Of a stretch of DNA of 64,000 bases, positions 9,904-19,258 are shown one piece after another (position 1 is the first letter of the stretch; every line of letters begins with the position of its first letter). Below the pieces are notes generated by a model, which worked only from the letters and a program-made list of their open reading frames with translations, ran no database searches and had not been told where the DNA came from. The position numbers were made by a program, and so were the translations under genes. The stretch comes from Candidatus Moraniibacteriota bacterium. Lineage in GTDB: Bacteria > Patescibacteriota > Minisyncoccia > Moranbacterales > UBA1568. The stretch is from the NCBI GenBank assembly GCA_052035095.1, contig JBPOHW010000005.1, forward strand, positions 30,269 to 94,268, written 5' to 3'.

Positions 9904-10560
9904 ATGGAACAAAACAAAAAAGATACCGATTCATGTTGCGCTGTTGTCGAAAAGAAAAAAACGAGCGGGATAGCGTTTGGTATTCTCTCCGGTCTCCTTC
10001 CGCATTCGTTCTGCGTCGCTTTTTTCGTCTTCTCAATCGTCGGCATAACGGCGGCGAGCGCCTTCTTCCGACAGTTTCTCCTCATCCCAAATCTCTTCCT
10101 CTGGCTCGTCGCGCTCTCGATCGCCCTTACCACTCTTTCCGCGATCATATTCCTCAAAAAAACCGACTGCCTCTGTTTTCCGGGAATCCGACGCAAATGG
10201 CGATACCTCTCCAGCCTTTACGGGACAGCCATCCTGACCAATCTCCTTCTCTTCTTTGTGATTTTCCCGCTCGCGACAAACGCCAATTTCTCACGAAATG
10301 AAAACGAAACGCCCGCTCACGCGAAATCCGGCACGCGTGCCGGTGAATCAAGGGCGACGACCGCGATCACGGTAGACATTCCCTGCTCGGGACACGCCCC
10401 GCTCGTCGCGGATGAAATTCGAAAGAATTTCCCATTCACTTCCGTCACCTTCACGCTGCCAAACCGATTCGAAATAACCTATAACCCCTTCGACACTTCT
10501 CCCGAAAAGATCCTCTCACTCGATCTCTTCAAGACATATCCGGCCCGAAAGACTCTTTAG
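9904..10560 (+). CDS. Membrane protein with Cys motifs and a C-terminal HMA-like domain
   Basis: N-terminal SCC, PHSFC, 3-4 TM segments, CLC, and C-terminal VDIPCSGHAPLV ferredoxin-like segment; downstream of csoR. Confidence 0.7.
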   Translation: MEQNKKDTDSCCAVVEKKKTSGIAFGILSGLLPHSFCVAFFVFSIVGITAASAFFRQFLLIPNLFLWLVALSIALTTLSAIIFLKKTDCLCFPGIRRKWRYLSSLYGTAILTNLLLFFVIFPLATNANFSRNENETPAHAKSGTRAGESRATTAITVDIPCSGHAPLVADEIRKNFPFTSVTFTLPNRFEITYNPFDTSPEKILSLDLFKTYPARKTL

Positions 10561-10649
10561 CGCCACTTTCCCACACGAAACCACTCCGAGAGTCTCCGTC
10601 GCGAAGGAGCGCTCATCGGGCGGCGATATAATTCATTAAGCGTCATACT

Positions 10650-10772
10650 ATGACAGAAGATGCAAGCCCCTGCGTCTGCAACTGCGGATGCCAAGGGAGT
10701 AAGAAATGCGCCTGCGGTCCGCAATGCACATGCGCCGAAAAATGCGCCTGCGAATGCACCCAGGAAGCCTAG
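10650..10772 (+). CDS. Metallothionein-like small Cys-rich protein (40 aa, 11 Cys)
   Basis: MTEDASPCVCNCGCQGSKKCACGPQCTCAEKCACECTQEA*; TATAAT at 10627-10632 upstream and a terminator downstream; shorter than any ORF in the track. Confidence 0.8.
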   Translation: MTEDASPCVCNCGCQGSKKCACGPQCTCAEKCACECTQEA

Positions 10773-10782
10773 CCAAAAAAAG

Positions 10783-10813
10783 AAAACACCGCCCGAAAAA
10801 AGCGGTGTTTTTT
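10783..10813 (+). terminator. Intrinsic terminator (bidirectional, shared with tRNA-Ser)
   Basis: AAAACACCGC-loop-GCGGTGTTTTTT. Confidence 0.75.
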
Positions 10814-10822
10814 CATCGAAGG

Positions 10823-10909
10823 CGGAGAGGCAGGGATTCGAACCCTGGAAGGGGTTTCCCCCTTAACACATTAGCAGTGTGCTGCTTTCAGCCACTCAGC
10901 CACCTCTCC
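10823..10909 (-). tRNA. tRNA-Ser(GCT)
   Basis: GGAGAGGTGGCTGAGTGGCTGAAAGCAGCACACT-GCT-AATGTGT, long variable arm, GGTTCGAATCC, CCTCTCCG. Confidence 0.95.
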
Positions 10910-11057
10910 TATTTCAGCTCTCAGTCGTCAGCTTTCGGCTTTCAGAAGAAGAGCTTCGTGATTGCCAGTGTATCATTGTGAAACACTCATTGGCAAGATA
11001 GGTTTTGAGGTATCTCGACCGGACAGATCCGGGCGTATCATTGGCAATGAGCGACCC

Positions 11058-11086
11058 TTGCAGAGATGGGAAAAATATGCTACACT
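11058..11086 (+). promoter_or_regulatory. sigma70 promoter of the RRM gene
   Basis: TTGCAG-17nt-TACACT. Confidence 0.6.
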
Positions 11087-11248
11087 CGCGGCAGTAGTAA
11101 GTTTCTCATCAGGTTTCTGGCGGAATCCCCTCCGATAATCGGGGTGGACGTTCTAAGGGCGAGATTTTCGAGCTTTTAGGGAAAGCGGGAGCAAACAGAG
11201 GAGAAGGTCGGCTTACTCGCGTTATTCTCTCAAAGAGAACGAAATTCT

Positions 11249-11566
11249 ATGGCACAGAAGCTCTACGTCGGAAACCTCTCGTATGGTACGACGGACGACA
11301 GCCTTCGCGACGCGTTCGCGCAGGCCGGTTCCGTTGCATCGGCGACCGTTATCACCGACCGCGCTACCGGCCGTTCGAAAGGCTTCGGCTTTGTCGAAAT
11401 GGCATCGGATGCGGATGCTGAAAAAGCAATCGCCATGTGGAACGGAAAGGATCTCGATGGTCGCACCCTCGTCGTGAACGAGGCGCGTCCGTTTGAACCC
11501 CGACCGCGCCAAGGCGGAAACGGCGGCGGATACTCCGACGGCGGCAACAACCGACGGGACTGGTAA
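11249..11566 (+). CDS. RRM RNA-binding protein with Gly-rich tail
   Basis: RNP2 KLYVGNL, RNP1 KGFGFVEM. Confidence 0.95.
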   Translation: MAQKLYVGNLSYGTTDDSLRDAFAQAGSVASATVITDRATGRSKGFGFVEMASDADAEKAIAMWNGKDLDGRTLVVNEARPFEPRPRQGGNGGGYSDGGNNRRDW

Positions 11567-11588
11567 TTCTCTCCCGAAGTGTTGTGCG

Positions 11589-11622
11589 AAAAACTCTCCC
11601 GAGCAATCGGGAGAGTTTTTTT
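11589..11622 (+). terminator. Intrinsic terminator
   Basis: AAAAACTCTCCCGA-gcaa-TCGGGAGAGTTTTTTT. Confidence 0.8.
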
Positions 11623-11648
11623 GTATAAAAATCAATCAGTCCCATCGA

Positions 11649-11767
11649 GGACTTCCTCACTTTGATGCAGTTCGAGGAAAAACCAAGCACTGAAACGAGG
11701 TGTATGAGACATACTCCGAGTGAGGAGCGCAGGTTTTGACGAAGAAATGCGCAAAGTGAGGAAGTCC
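11649..11767. repeat. Palindromic element family A, divergent copy
   Basis: Terminal IR GGACTTCCTCACTTTG/CAAAGTGAGGAAGTCC; core TGCAGTTCGAGGAAAA..GTATG..CATAC..TTTGACGAAGAAATGCGC shared with 36621 and 60626. Confidence 0.75.
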
Positions 11768-11772
11768 CACCA

Positions 11773-12951
11773 TCAATAAATCACAATCGGAGTGCCTATG
11801 TCCGCCCACTCAAAGACTCGTTTCGCGGGACCGATGCCAAGACGGACGCAACCGTGCGACACGGGAATACCCAAATGATTCGTACCCTCTTTGTAGCCAC
11901 CGGGCCACTCGGGAAGCTCGTGAATGCCAAACTTCCCGCCGGGCACGATCGCCATCCAGTATGGCATATAGAGCCCATAGGTTTTGGACCAGGCGCGCGG
12001 CGTCTTGTTATGAATCGAAAATGTTCCCGTGGGCGTATCCATTCCTCGTTTTCCGGAAGAAATCATAAACGCGTCAAGTGCCGTCCCGTTTTCGAAAATC
12101 GTCATAACCTGACTCGAAATATTGACATCGATATACTTCCCCGTCGTTATCGCGGGATCCGTATAGCGCTTGGCCTCAAGGAGACGCGTCGGAAAATCCT
12201 TCGCCCACGCGGAGGGCTTGGGAGGGAGCGTTTCAAAACTTCCTTCATATATTTTTGCAAACGAATCATCACTCCCCTCGCGATGACGCGCGCGGACGAC
12301 GAGCGTATACCGCTTCCCCGACTGAATATCGCTCGGAAGAATACGAAATTCCGATTTCTCGGGATCGATTTCATAGACGATCGCTCCCGCGTCATTAAAA
12401 GAAAATTCGAGAAAAGAATCTTTTGCCGGCCGATCAAGCGTTACGACAACCGGATCCTCGGCGCCGAGAAGCACGTCTCTCGCGCCATCCTCGGGGGAAA
12501 CCGACGCGACCGAAGGCGGCGCCCATGTTTCAAAAACAAGCGTCGTCTCGGGAATCATTCCCAACCATCGCGTCTTCCCAGCGGGAAGCGACACCGTATA
12601 GCGCGTCCCAAATTCCCATTGAGACTTCGGTCGAATAAGAAGCTTCATGTCGTCATCCTTCCATTCAAAACTCATGTCGGCGGACGGGCTGACACGAATC
12701 CCCTCGACGAACCCTTCCGTCTTCACGGAAGAAAGAAAAACAATGCCGATCGCGCTCTCGGACTTCACATTCCCCACGGTCGTCAAATCAAGCTCCGGCC
12801 GCGTTTCGGTGATACGCGCGTAGGAACGAAATCCGTACACAAATCCCGCCGAAAGAAACAAGAGCACTATAGAAAGCGGGAGCGCGCTCCACCTTGTCCG
12901 CCCCTTACTCGCCCCTACCTTCCTCGCCCTCGATGAAAAATTGAAGTGCAT
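11773..12951 (-). CDS. L,D-transpeptidase (YkuD) with Ig-like domains
   Basis: TM anchor, Ig-like repeats, C-terminal GIHELP...SHGCVRL. Confidence 0.9.
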   Translation of the reverse strand: MHFNFSSRARKVGASKGRTRWSALPLSIVLLFLSAGFVYGFRSYARITETRPELDLTTVGNVKSESAIGIVFLSSVKTEGFVEGIRVSPSADMSFEWKDDDMKLLIRPKSQWEFGTRYTVSLPAGKTRWLGMIPETTLVFETWAPPSVASVSPEDGARDVLLGAEDPVVVTLDRPAKDSFLEFSFNDAGAIVYEIDPEKSEFRILPSDIQSGKRYTLVVRARHREGSDDSFAKIYEGSFETLPPKPSAWAKDFPTRLLEAKRYTDPAITTGKYIDVNISSQVMTIFENGTALDAFMISSGKRGMDTPTGTFSIHNKTPRAWSKTYGLYMPYWMAIVPGGKFGIHELPEWPGGYKEGTNHLGIPVSHGCVRLGIGPAKRVFEWADIGTPIVIY

Positions 12952-13062
12952 GTATTTTTGTTTTTTTCATTGTAGCATCAAACGCTCACCCTGAAAAAAC
13001 GAGCGCGATTCAAAACACTCCGTACTCATTCTTCAAAGAAAGTTTCAGCGACAAAATCCCGA

Positions 13063-14553
13063 TTATGCGCCAGTTTTTTCGGCGATTTGAGAATCGTTGC
13101 TCCGCAGCGGCGGGAAGATAACCGTTTCTCTCACGGAGCGATTCAGAAGGATGGCAAAGAAACGCTCGCTCATACCAAAGCCGCACGCCGGCGGCATTCC
13201 GTATTCAAGAGCCTCGATGAAATCTTCATCAAGCTGTTGCGCTTCGGCGTCACCCTCGGCGCGGAGTTTCATTTGTTCTTCGAAGCGCGCACGCTGATCG
13301 ATCGGATCATTGAGCTCGGCAAAACCGTTGCCGAGTTCGCTCGCGCAGGCGACCGGCTGGAAACGAAGGACTTTGCGTGGAAATTTGGAATCGCGTTTCG
13401 CGAGGGGCGACACTTCAATCGGATGCCCGACCAAAAAACATGGCTGAATGAGCTTCTTGCGCACGGTTTTTTTGTAGATCGTGTCGATCATTCGTCCCTT
13501 GCCGTATGACGCTTCGTATGCGATGTTCAATTCATCGGCTTTTTCCTTCAACATTTGGACGGAAACATCTCCTGACAAATCAATACCGGTTTCCTGTTTG
13601 AATGCCGTGAAGTAGTCCACAACCTCAAAAGGCTTCTCCCAGCGGATCGTCTCATCATTCCATTTCGTTTCGAGACCCCCCGTAACGCGCCCGACAATCT
13701 GCCGAAAGAGCCGCTCCACCATATCCATTCCGGTTTTCATATCGGTATACGCCGAGTAGAATTCCATATGATCGAATTCTTGCAAATGCTCGCGATCGAT
13801 ACCTTCGTTCCGGAATACGCGCCCGATTTCAAAAACGCGCTCATATCCGCCGACCAAGAGACGCTTGAGTGGTAGCTCGAGCGAAATACGAAGATAGAAG
13901 TCCCGGTCGAGCGCATTATGATGCGTCACAAACGGCTCCGCCTCGGCGCCGCCCGGGATATGCTCCAAAACCGGCGTCTGCACCTCGAGAAATGTTTCCT
14001 CGGAAAGAAAGTTTCGAATCGTCTGCCAAAAAACATTCTTCTTGCGGAAGAGTTCCCGCGTTTCGGAGTTCGTCGCGAGATCGAGGTAGCGCCGCCGCAA
14101 CAATTCTTCTTCGTCTTTGAGCCCATAAAATTCCGACGGCATCGGACGAAGCGACTTCGAGAGCATCCGCCAACTCGACACTTCAAGCGTCTTCTCGTTT
14201 TGCTTCGTCAGAAAGAGCGTCCCCGTCACTTCAACAAAATCGCCGATATCCACTCCTTCGAGAAACGTCGCGAAAAGATCGTCCGAGAGCGCGCCCTTCT
14301 TCACGAAGACCTGCACCTTCCCGCTCTCGTCTTCAATGTGCGCGAAGGCGATTTTCCCCATCGTGCGAAGCGATCGCACCCGTCCCACGAGCGATACGGA
14401 TTTCTTTTCACTCGAAAGCGCGTCAAAATTCGAAAACACTTCCGCGTTCGTCCCGGTCCGAAACGAAACCTCCGGATACGCCTCACCGAATTCTTTTTTC
14501 ACTCGCTCGAGTTTTTCTCTCCGTGCCGAAAGTATGTCTTCACGCATAGGCAT
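13063..14553 (-). CDS. lysS: Lysine--tRNA ligase (class II)
   Basis: RRRYLDL, GGAEAEPF, YLRISLEL, FRNEGID, YGMPPACGFG; start trimmed to MPMREDIL. Confidence 0.96.
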   Translation of the reverse strand: MPMREDILSARREKLERVKKEFGEAYPEVSFRTGTNAEVFSNFDALSSEKKSVSLVGRVRSLRTMGKIAFAHIEDESGKVQVFVKKGALSDDLFATFLEGVDIGDFVEVTGTLFLTKQNEKTLEVSSWRMLSKSLRPMPSEFYGLKDEEELLRRRYLDLATNSETRELFRKKNVFWQTIRNFLSEETFLEVQTPVLEHIPGGAEAEPFVTHHNALDRDFYLRISLELPLKRLLVGGYERVFEIGRVFRNEGIDREHLQEFDHMEFYSAYTDMKTGMDMVERLFRQIVGRVTGGLETKWNDETIRWEKPFEVVDYFTAFKQETGIDLSGDVSVQMLKEKADELNIAYEASYGKGRMIDTIYKKTVRKKLIQPCFLVGHPIEVSPLAKRDSKFPRKVLRFQPVACASELGNGFAELNDPIDQRARFEEQMKLRAEGDAEAQQLDEDFIEALEYGMPPACGFGMSERFFAILLNRSVRETVIFPPLRSNDSQIAEKTGA

Positions 14554-14723
14554 GCCAACTGCCGACTGACAACTGACAACCGTCAGCAGCCAACCGGCAA
14601 CAGAAAACAAGAAACAAAAAATGTATGCCTCCACTCTAGCGAATTTTGAAACTTGTCGCAAGAAAACACCCCTCCAAAAAATGAAGGGGTGCTACAGGTC
14701 ACTTGCAAACCGATTTTCAGTCC

Positions 14724-15041
14724 CTAAGGAACTAAACGGCAAAAATCTTTACCGAAACGAAGAAAACTACCGAGAGATGCAATTTTGTCCCAAAAATCCG
14801 CCGCCTGATGCTTTCCAAAATCCCTCAATGCTTGAACGGCATCTTCCGTAAATACAACAAATCCATCTACATTTTCCGTTCCAGTCCATACTCCACCAGG
14901 TTCCACATCCTTCTCAGGAAGTGGGATTTCGACACCTATCCACTGCTCCCGTATCTCTTTTGGCGCAAAACCTGGAGGAGTTGATACTATTCGTATCTTC
15001 CTTCTTTCCTCCGCACAACATCTTGACTCTTTTTTAGCCAT
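14724..15041 (-). CDS. Hypothetical protein
   Basis: Strong GAGGTGAGG RBS; 105 aa; hairpin at about 14667-14692 downstream. Confidence 0.6.
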   Translation of the reverse strand: MAKKESRCCAEERRKIRIVSTPPGFAPKEIREQWIGVEIPLPEKDVEPGGVWTGTENVDGFVVFTEDAVQALRDFGKHQAADFWDKIASLGSFLRFGKDFCRLVP

Positions 15042-15094
15042 GATACCTCACCTCGCTGGAAACCAAACAAAAAACAAAGAACAGAAGAATCCTT

Positions 15095-15550
15095 CTACTC
15101 CACTCCCAAAATTTCGTATTCCATACTACCGGCGGGCGTGTCGACGGAAATGCGGGCGCCTTTCTCTTTGTTGAGAAACGCTTTGCCGAGCGGCGACTCG
15201 TGGGAAATTTTTCCGGCCGCGGGATCCACTTCATTGGAACCGACAATTGTAAACGCCATTTCCCTGCCGCGAAGGAGCGCTCGGACGGTCGAACCGATTT
15301 GCACGCCGGAGGAGCGATTATTGTGCTTGGCAACCACCGCCTCTTTGAGCGATGCCTCGAGCTCGGCGATACGCGACTCATTCTCCGCCTGCTCTCGCTT
15401 CGCCTCGCTGTACTCGGCATTTTCGGACAGATCCCCTTGCTCCTTCGCCTCTTTGATGGCGGCGGCGATACGCTGGCGCACGGTGATGCGCCGCTCTTCA
15501 AGCTCCTCTTGGAGTTTTTTCAGTCCGTCTTTGGTCAATATTTTCGTCAT
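15095..15550 (-). CDS. greA: Transcription elongation factor GreA
   Basis: GDLSENAEY, ISHESPLGKAF. Confidence 0.96.
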   Translation of the reverse strand: MTKILTKDGLKKLQEELEERRITVRQRIAAAIKEAKEQGDLSENAEYSEAKREQAENESRIAELEASLKEAVVAKHNNRSSGVQIGSTVRALLRGREMAFTIVGSNEVDPAAGKISHESPLGKAFLNKEKGARISVDTPAGSMEYEILGVE

Positions 15551-15657
15551 AGTGAAGCGCTACCTGATTATGTTTTGTTTCAAAGAAACGCAATGCTCCC
15601 TATGATACAGAGGTGGTTTGGGCTTGTCAATACTCGATTTGTCAAGAGAACCAGTCA

Positions 15658-17550
15658 TTATTTGAGAGCATCCTTTCCATGCCCTTCCGAAAAGTACCAT
15701 TCGTAAATATCATGCGTCACCGGAACGGCATTGTAGGTTTCGTCCTTGGATTGACCCTCGACCAAGACGAGGAGCGCGATTGACGGATGCTCATAGGGAG
15801 CAAACGAAGAAAACCATCCATGCGTTCTTTCCTCACTGCCAAACTGCGCCGTCCCCGTCTTCCCGGCAACCGGCACCGGGAGGCTGGAGAGTGACTGCGC
15901 CGTCCCTTCGGTCACGGTCATACGCATCCCTTCGCGAACCGCCCTTGCTATCGACGGCTCGACAATGCGATCCCGCACCATCTCCGATGAGAGTGTCTTC
16001 GTCTCGCCGGTATGAAAACGAACCTGCCCCACAATTCTCGGTTTCCACAAAACGCCGCCATTTGCAATGGCCGCCGTCGCGGAAGCCACCTGCATCGGCG
16101 TCGCAAGGACAAACCCCTGACCGATTGAGGCATGATACGTGTCCCCGATATACCAGCGTTCGCCCACTTTTTCCTTTTTCCATTCCGACGTCGGCAAAAA
16201 ACCAGCCCTCTCACCGGGAATATCAATGCCAGTTTTCGATCCGAAACCGAAACGAGCTTCATATTCGTTTATTTTTTCCATACCGAGTCCGCGAACCGCG
16301 CCGTACCCGCCACCGATACTGTAGAAATATACGTCGCTCGAAACGGCGATCGCGCGCCGAATATCCGTAAAACCATGCACTTTCCAATCGCCGAAGGAAA
16401 AGCTCCCAACGGTGATTCCGCCGCGACTCTCGATACTCGTCCGTTCCGTAACAACACCTTCCGCAAGCGCCGCTCCCGCAAGAAACGGCTTTATGGTGGA
16501 GCCAGGCGGGTATTCGCCGGCAATCACACGATTGAAAAGCGGAAGCGACGGATCATTGATAATCTCCGCGTAGCTCGAGGCGTCGATGCCTTTGGCGAAA
16601 AGATTGTTATCAAAAGACGGGATACTCACAAGCGAGAGGACGCTCCCGTCATTGGGGTCAATCGCGATCGCCGCCCCCGCCTTCAACCCTTTTGCCTCCA
16701 ATGCCGAACGGAGCGTATCGAATATTTTTTTCTGAAGTTCCGCGTCGATATTCAAAATGAGATCGTTCCCCGGCTCCGGTTCAAAAATCCCAAGCTCTTT
16801 CTTGACAACGCCTCGCGAATCCACCTCCACCCGATCAGCGCCTCGCTTCCCGCGCAGTACCGACTCATAACTCTTTTCCAACCCCTGTTTCCCAATCGAA
16901 TCAATCGGGAGATACTCGGGATGCTCTTCAAGCTCTTCCTTTCGGATCTTCCCTTCATATCCCAAGATGTGCGAGAAGATAAGGCTATCCTCATACTCTC
17001 GAACCGCCGATTTCTCAATCAAAATGCCGGGAAACTCCGCGGAACGGCTCAAAAAAAGAAGCGCTTCATCCTGTGAAAGCGACGTTTTCAAGACAATCGG
17101 AAGAGACAGTATATCGGAAGCGCATACCGAATGCTCCGATTCGATCGAATCGAAAGGGACAATCGCGTGAAGATTTGTAAGAAGCGCTCGACATTCGTCT
17201 TCGGATTTGGGAAGTCCCGCCGGCACGGCAACGAGCTCCATACTCGGAACATTGCGCACCAATTGTCGACCGTATCGATCGAAGATAAGACCGCGCGGCG
17301 CCGGAAGAAGCACGCTCCGCACGCTGTTTCGAACGGCAATCTCGCGATAATACTCCCCCTGAACCACATTCAAAAAGAAGACCCGCGCGCCAAACAAGAC
17401 CAAGACGACAACAAAAAGAAAGCGAAACCATGTCGCCCCGAAACGGTTGATCGGAAATTCAAGGCGCGCCGCGTCCTTTTCCGTCACCGTAAGCACCGCG
17501 TCGTCAATTTCCATCCCGCGATACTTCGTCCGATTGCCAAAGAAAGACAT
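15658..17550 (-). CDS. mrdA: Penicillin-binding protein 2
   Basis: APRGLIFDR, YPPGSTIK, SSDVYFY, GKTGTAQ. Confidence 0.92.
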   Translation of the reverse strand: MSFFGNRTKYRGMEIDDAVLTVTEKDAARLEFPINRFGATWFRFLFVVVLVLFGARVFFLNVVQGEYYREIAVRNSVRSVLLPAPRGLIFDRYGRQLVRNVPSMELVAVPAGLPKSEDECRALLTNLHAIVPFDSIESEHSVCASDILSLPIVLKTSLSQDEALLFLSRSAEFPGILIEKSAVREYEDSLIFSHILGYEGKIRKEELEEHPEYLPIDSIGKQGLEKSYESVLRGKRGADRVEVDSRGVVKKELGIFEPEPGNDLILNIDAELQKKIFDTLRSALEAKGLKAGAAIAIDPNDGSVLSLVSIPSFDNNLFAKGIDASSYAEIINDPSLPLFNRVIAGEYPPGSTIKPFLAGAALAEGVVTERTSIESRGGITVGSFSFGDWKVHGFTDIRRAIAVSSDVYFYSIGGGYGAVRGLGMEKINEYEARFGFGSKTGIDIPGERAGFLPTSEWKKEKVGERWYIGDTYHASIGQGFVLATPMQVASATAAIANGGVLWKPRIVGQVRFHTGETKTLSSEMVRDRIVEPSIARAVREGMRMTVTEGTAQSLSSLPVPVAGKTGTAQFGSEERTHGWFSSFAPYEHPSIALLVLVEGQSKDETYNAVPVTHDIYEWYFSEGHGKDALK

Positions 17551-17590
17551 AGGGTCGGATATTCAAGAGACCAAAGCGCCTCATTATACC

Positions 17591-19258
17591 CTATTTTTTC
17601 TCGATACTCCACCGGCCGCCTTCATCTCCCTTTTTCTCCGCGATCATTCCGATCGCGCCCAACCACACCCAGACAAAGCCCAAAAGAATGCCGGAATTAA
17701 AGAAATTAAAAACAGTCAAACCGACCCACGAGGTCAAGAAGAAAACGGCAACCGCGCGACTCGAAAACGCATCCTCTCCTCCGAGATGTCTCCCAAAAGA
17801 TGTTCGGAGCGCGAAAAACGGGACGCACAGCCAGAAGAGCGCAAACGCAATGAGACTGATCATACCGCCGCCGAGCCATACTTCGAGAAACGCGTTGCTT
17901 GCGTTGAGCGCTGATCCGCGATCGTCCGTCCCGAGAATATCGCCGATACTCCCCCACCCGATCCCGAAGAGCCAATGTTCCCTCAACGTCTCAAACGTTT
18001 TTTCTCGAATGACACGACGCGCTTCGATACTCGGATCGAGACGAAGGACGGTTGAGATGAATTTTCCGGCATTTTTTTCCGCCTCGATGTCTTCCAATCG
18101 AATATGCCGGCAATCATACGGAGAAAGCTCCGCGACATCCCCTATTCTTTCCGGCAGAGAAATCGGCGTCGCGCAGGAAACGGTTATTTCTTGCACTCCC
18201 GAAACCGTACTGCCGGCGCGGCTCCCGATGTCAAAAGTCGTGAGCCGAAACGCCCACACGGCAAAAAGCGCGAGCAAAAATGAAGCAAATACCGCCGTAC
18301 TCCCCTTCGCGAACAGTTTCCACCGCCACTCGCGCGGATTCCATGAATACTTTCCCACGAGAAGAAGCTTCAAAAACAAAAGCGCGGAAAAGGCGAACCC
18401 CACCCACGCACTCCGCGCGACCGTGAGGAGAAGCCCAAGGAGAAGCGTTAAAAATGAGAAATGCAAAATGAAAAATTTAAAAAAGGAATACAAAGAAGAT
18501 TTTTCGAAATTTTTCATTGTGCATTTTTCATTTTGCATTTCCCCATTTATTTTCAAAGAACCTCTCTCAAGGAGAAAAAACATCAAAGAGAGGAAAATGC
18601 TTGATGAAAAGATAAGGAACATCCCGAGCCAATCCGGTTCGGGGAAAAAAGCGTTGGGACGTCCCGGCATCACCTCAAACGAGGAAAGTCCCGCCGTAAA
18701 TCGAACACTCTGCCACAGGGCAAACAAAGCCGTGAGTACCGAGGGAACGACGAGGAAAAGAAGCGCGCGGCGAGCGTCACGCGCCTCCCCAAAAAATTGC
18801 CGCGAAAGAAAATAGAGCGCGACAAAAGAAAGCGCGACTACCGCTTGCTTGCTCGCGCCCGCGGAATCCGACGCGGAAGCGATCGAAAAAAATCCGCCGA
18901 GCGCGAAGAGAAGCGGGAGTACGTCAAACCATCGGAACTTTACTGGAGAAAACGAGAGTCGTCGAAACAGAAAACGCAAAAAAATCGCGAGAAGTATATT
19001 CGCGCCAAGCAATTGATACGGTCGGAGAGAGAACGGGATCGAATCCGGCGAAAGGTTCACCATCTCAAACGGGAGAAGCGAGAGAAATATCAGAAACGCC
19101 CACCCGGGACGATAGAGCGCAAAAAGAAATGAAAGCGCGACAAAAAACCAAACATCAATCTCGCCGAGCGGAAACAATTCCGAGTTTCCAAAAACAAGGA
19201 AGAAGAGATTGAGAAATACGGCGCCCGAAAGGAGCGCGATCGGAACCATGCGAATCAT
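17591..19258 (-). CDS. O-antigen ligase/polymerase-like (Wzy_C) membrane protein
   Basis: Multiple TMs, RPNAFFPEPD, TVARSAW, GIGWG; adjacent to a GT4. Confidence 0.75.
   Translation of the reverse strand: MIRMVPIALLSGAVFLNLFFLVFGNSELFPLGEIDVWFFVALSFLFALYRPGWAFLIFLSLLPFEMVNLSPDSIPFSLRPYQLLGANILLAIFLRFLFRRLSFSPVKFRWFDVLPLLFALGGFFSIASASDSAGASKQAVVALSFVALYFLSRQFFGEARDARRALLFLVVPSVLTALFALWQSVRFTAGLSSFEVMPGRPNAFFPEPDWLGMFLIFSSSIFLSLMFFLLERGSLKINGEMQNEKCTMKNFEKSSLYSFFKFFILHFSFLTLLLGLLLTVARSAWVGFAFSALLFLKLLLVGKYSWNPREWRWKLFAKGSTAVFASFLLALFAVWAFRLTTFDIGSRAGSTVSGVQEITVSCATPISLPERIGDVAELSPYDCRHIRLEDIEAEKNAGKFISTVLRLDPSIEARRVIREKTFETLREHWLFGIGWGSIGDILGTDDRGSALNASNAFLEVWLGGGMISLIAFALFWLCVPFFALRTSFGRHLGGEDAFSSRAVAVFFLTSWVGLTVFNFFNSGILLGFVWVWLGAIGMIAEKKGDEGGRWSIEKK

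Noticed and set aside
9500-10909. csoR block as a tRNA-Ser-integrated island
   Set aside because: No duplicated tRNA 3' end (att site) or integrase found.
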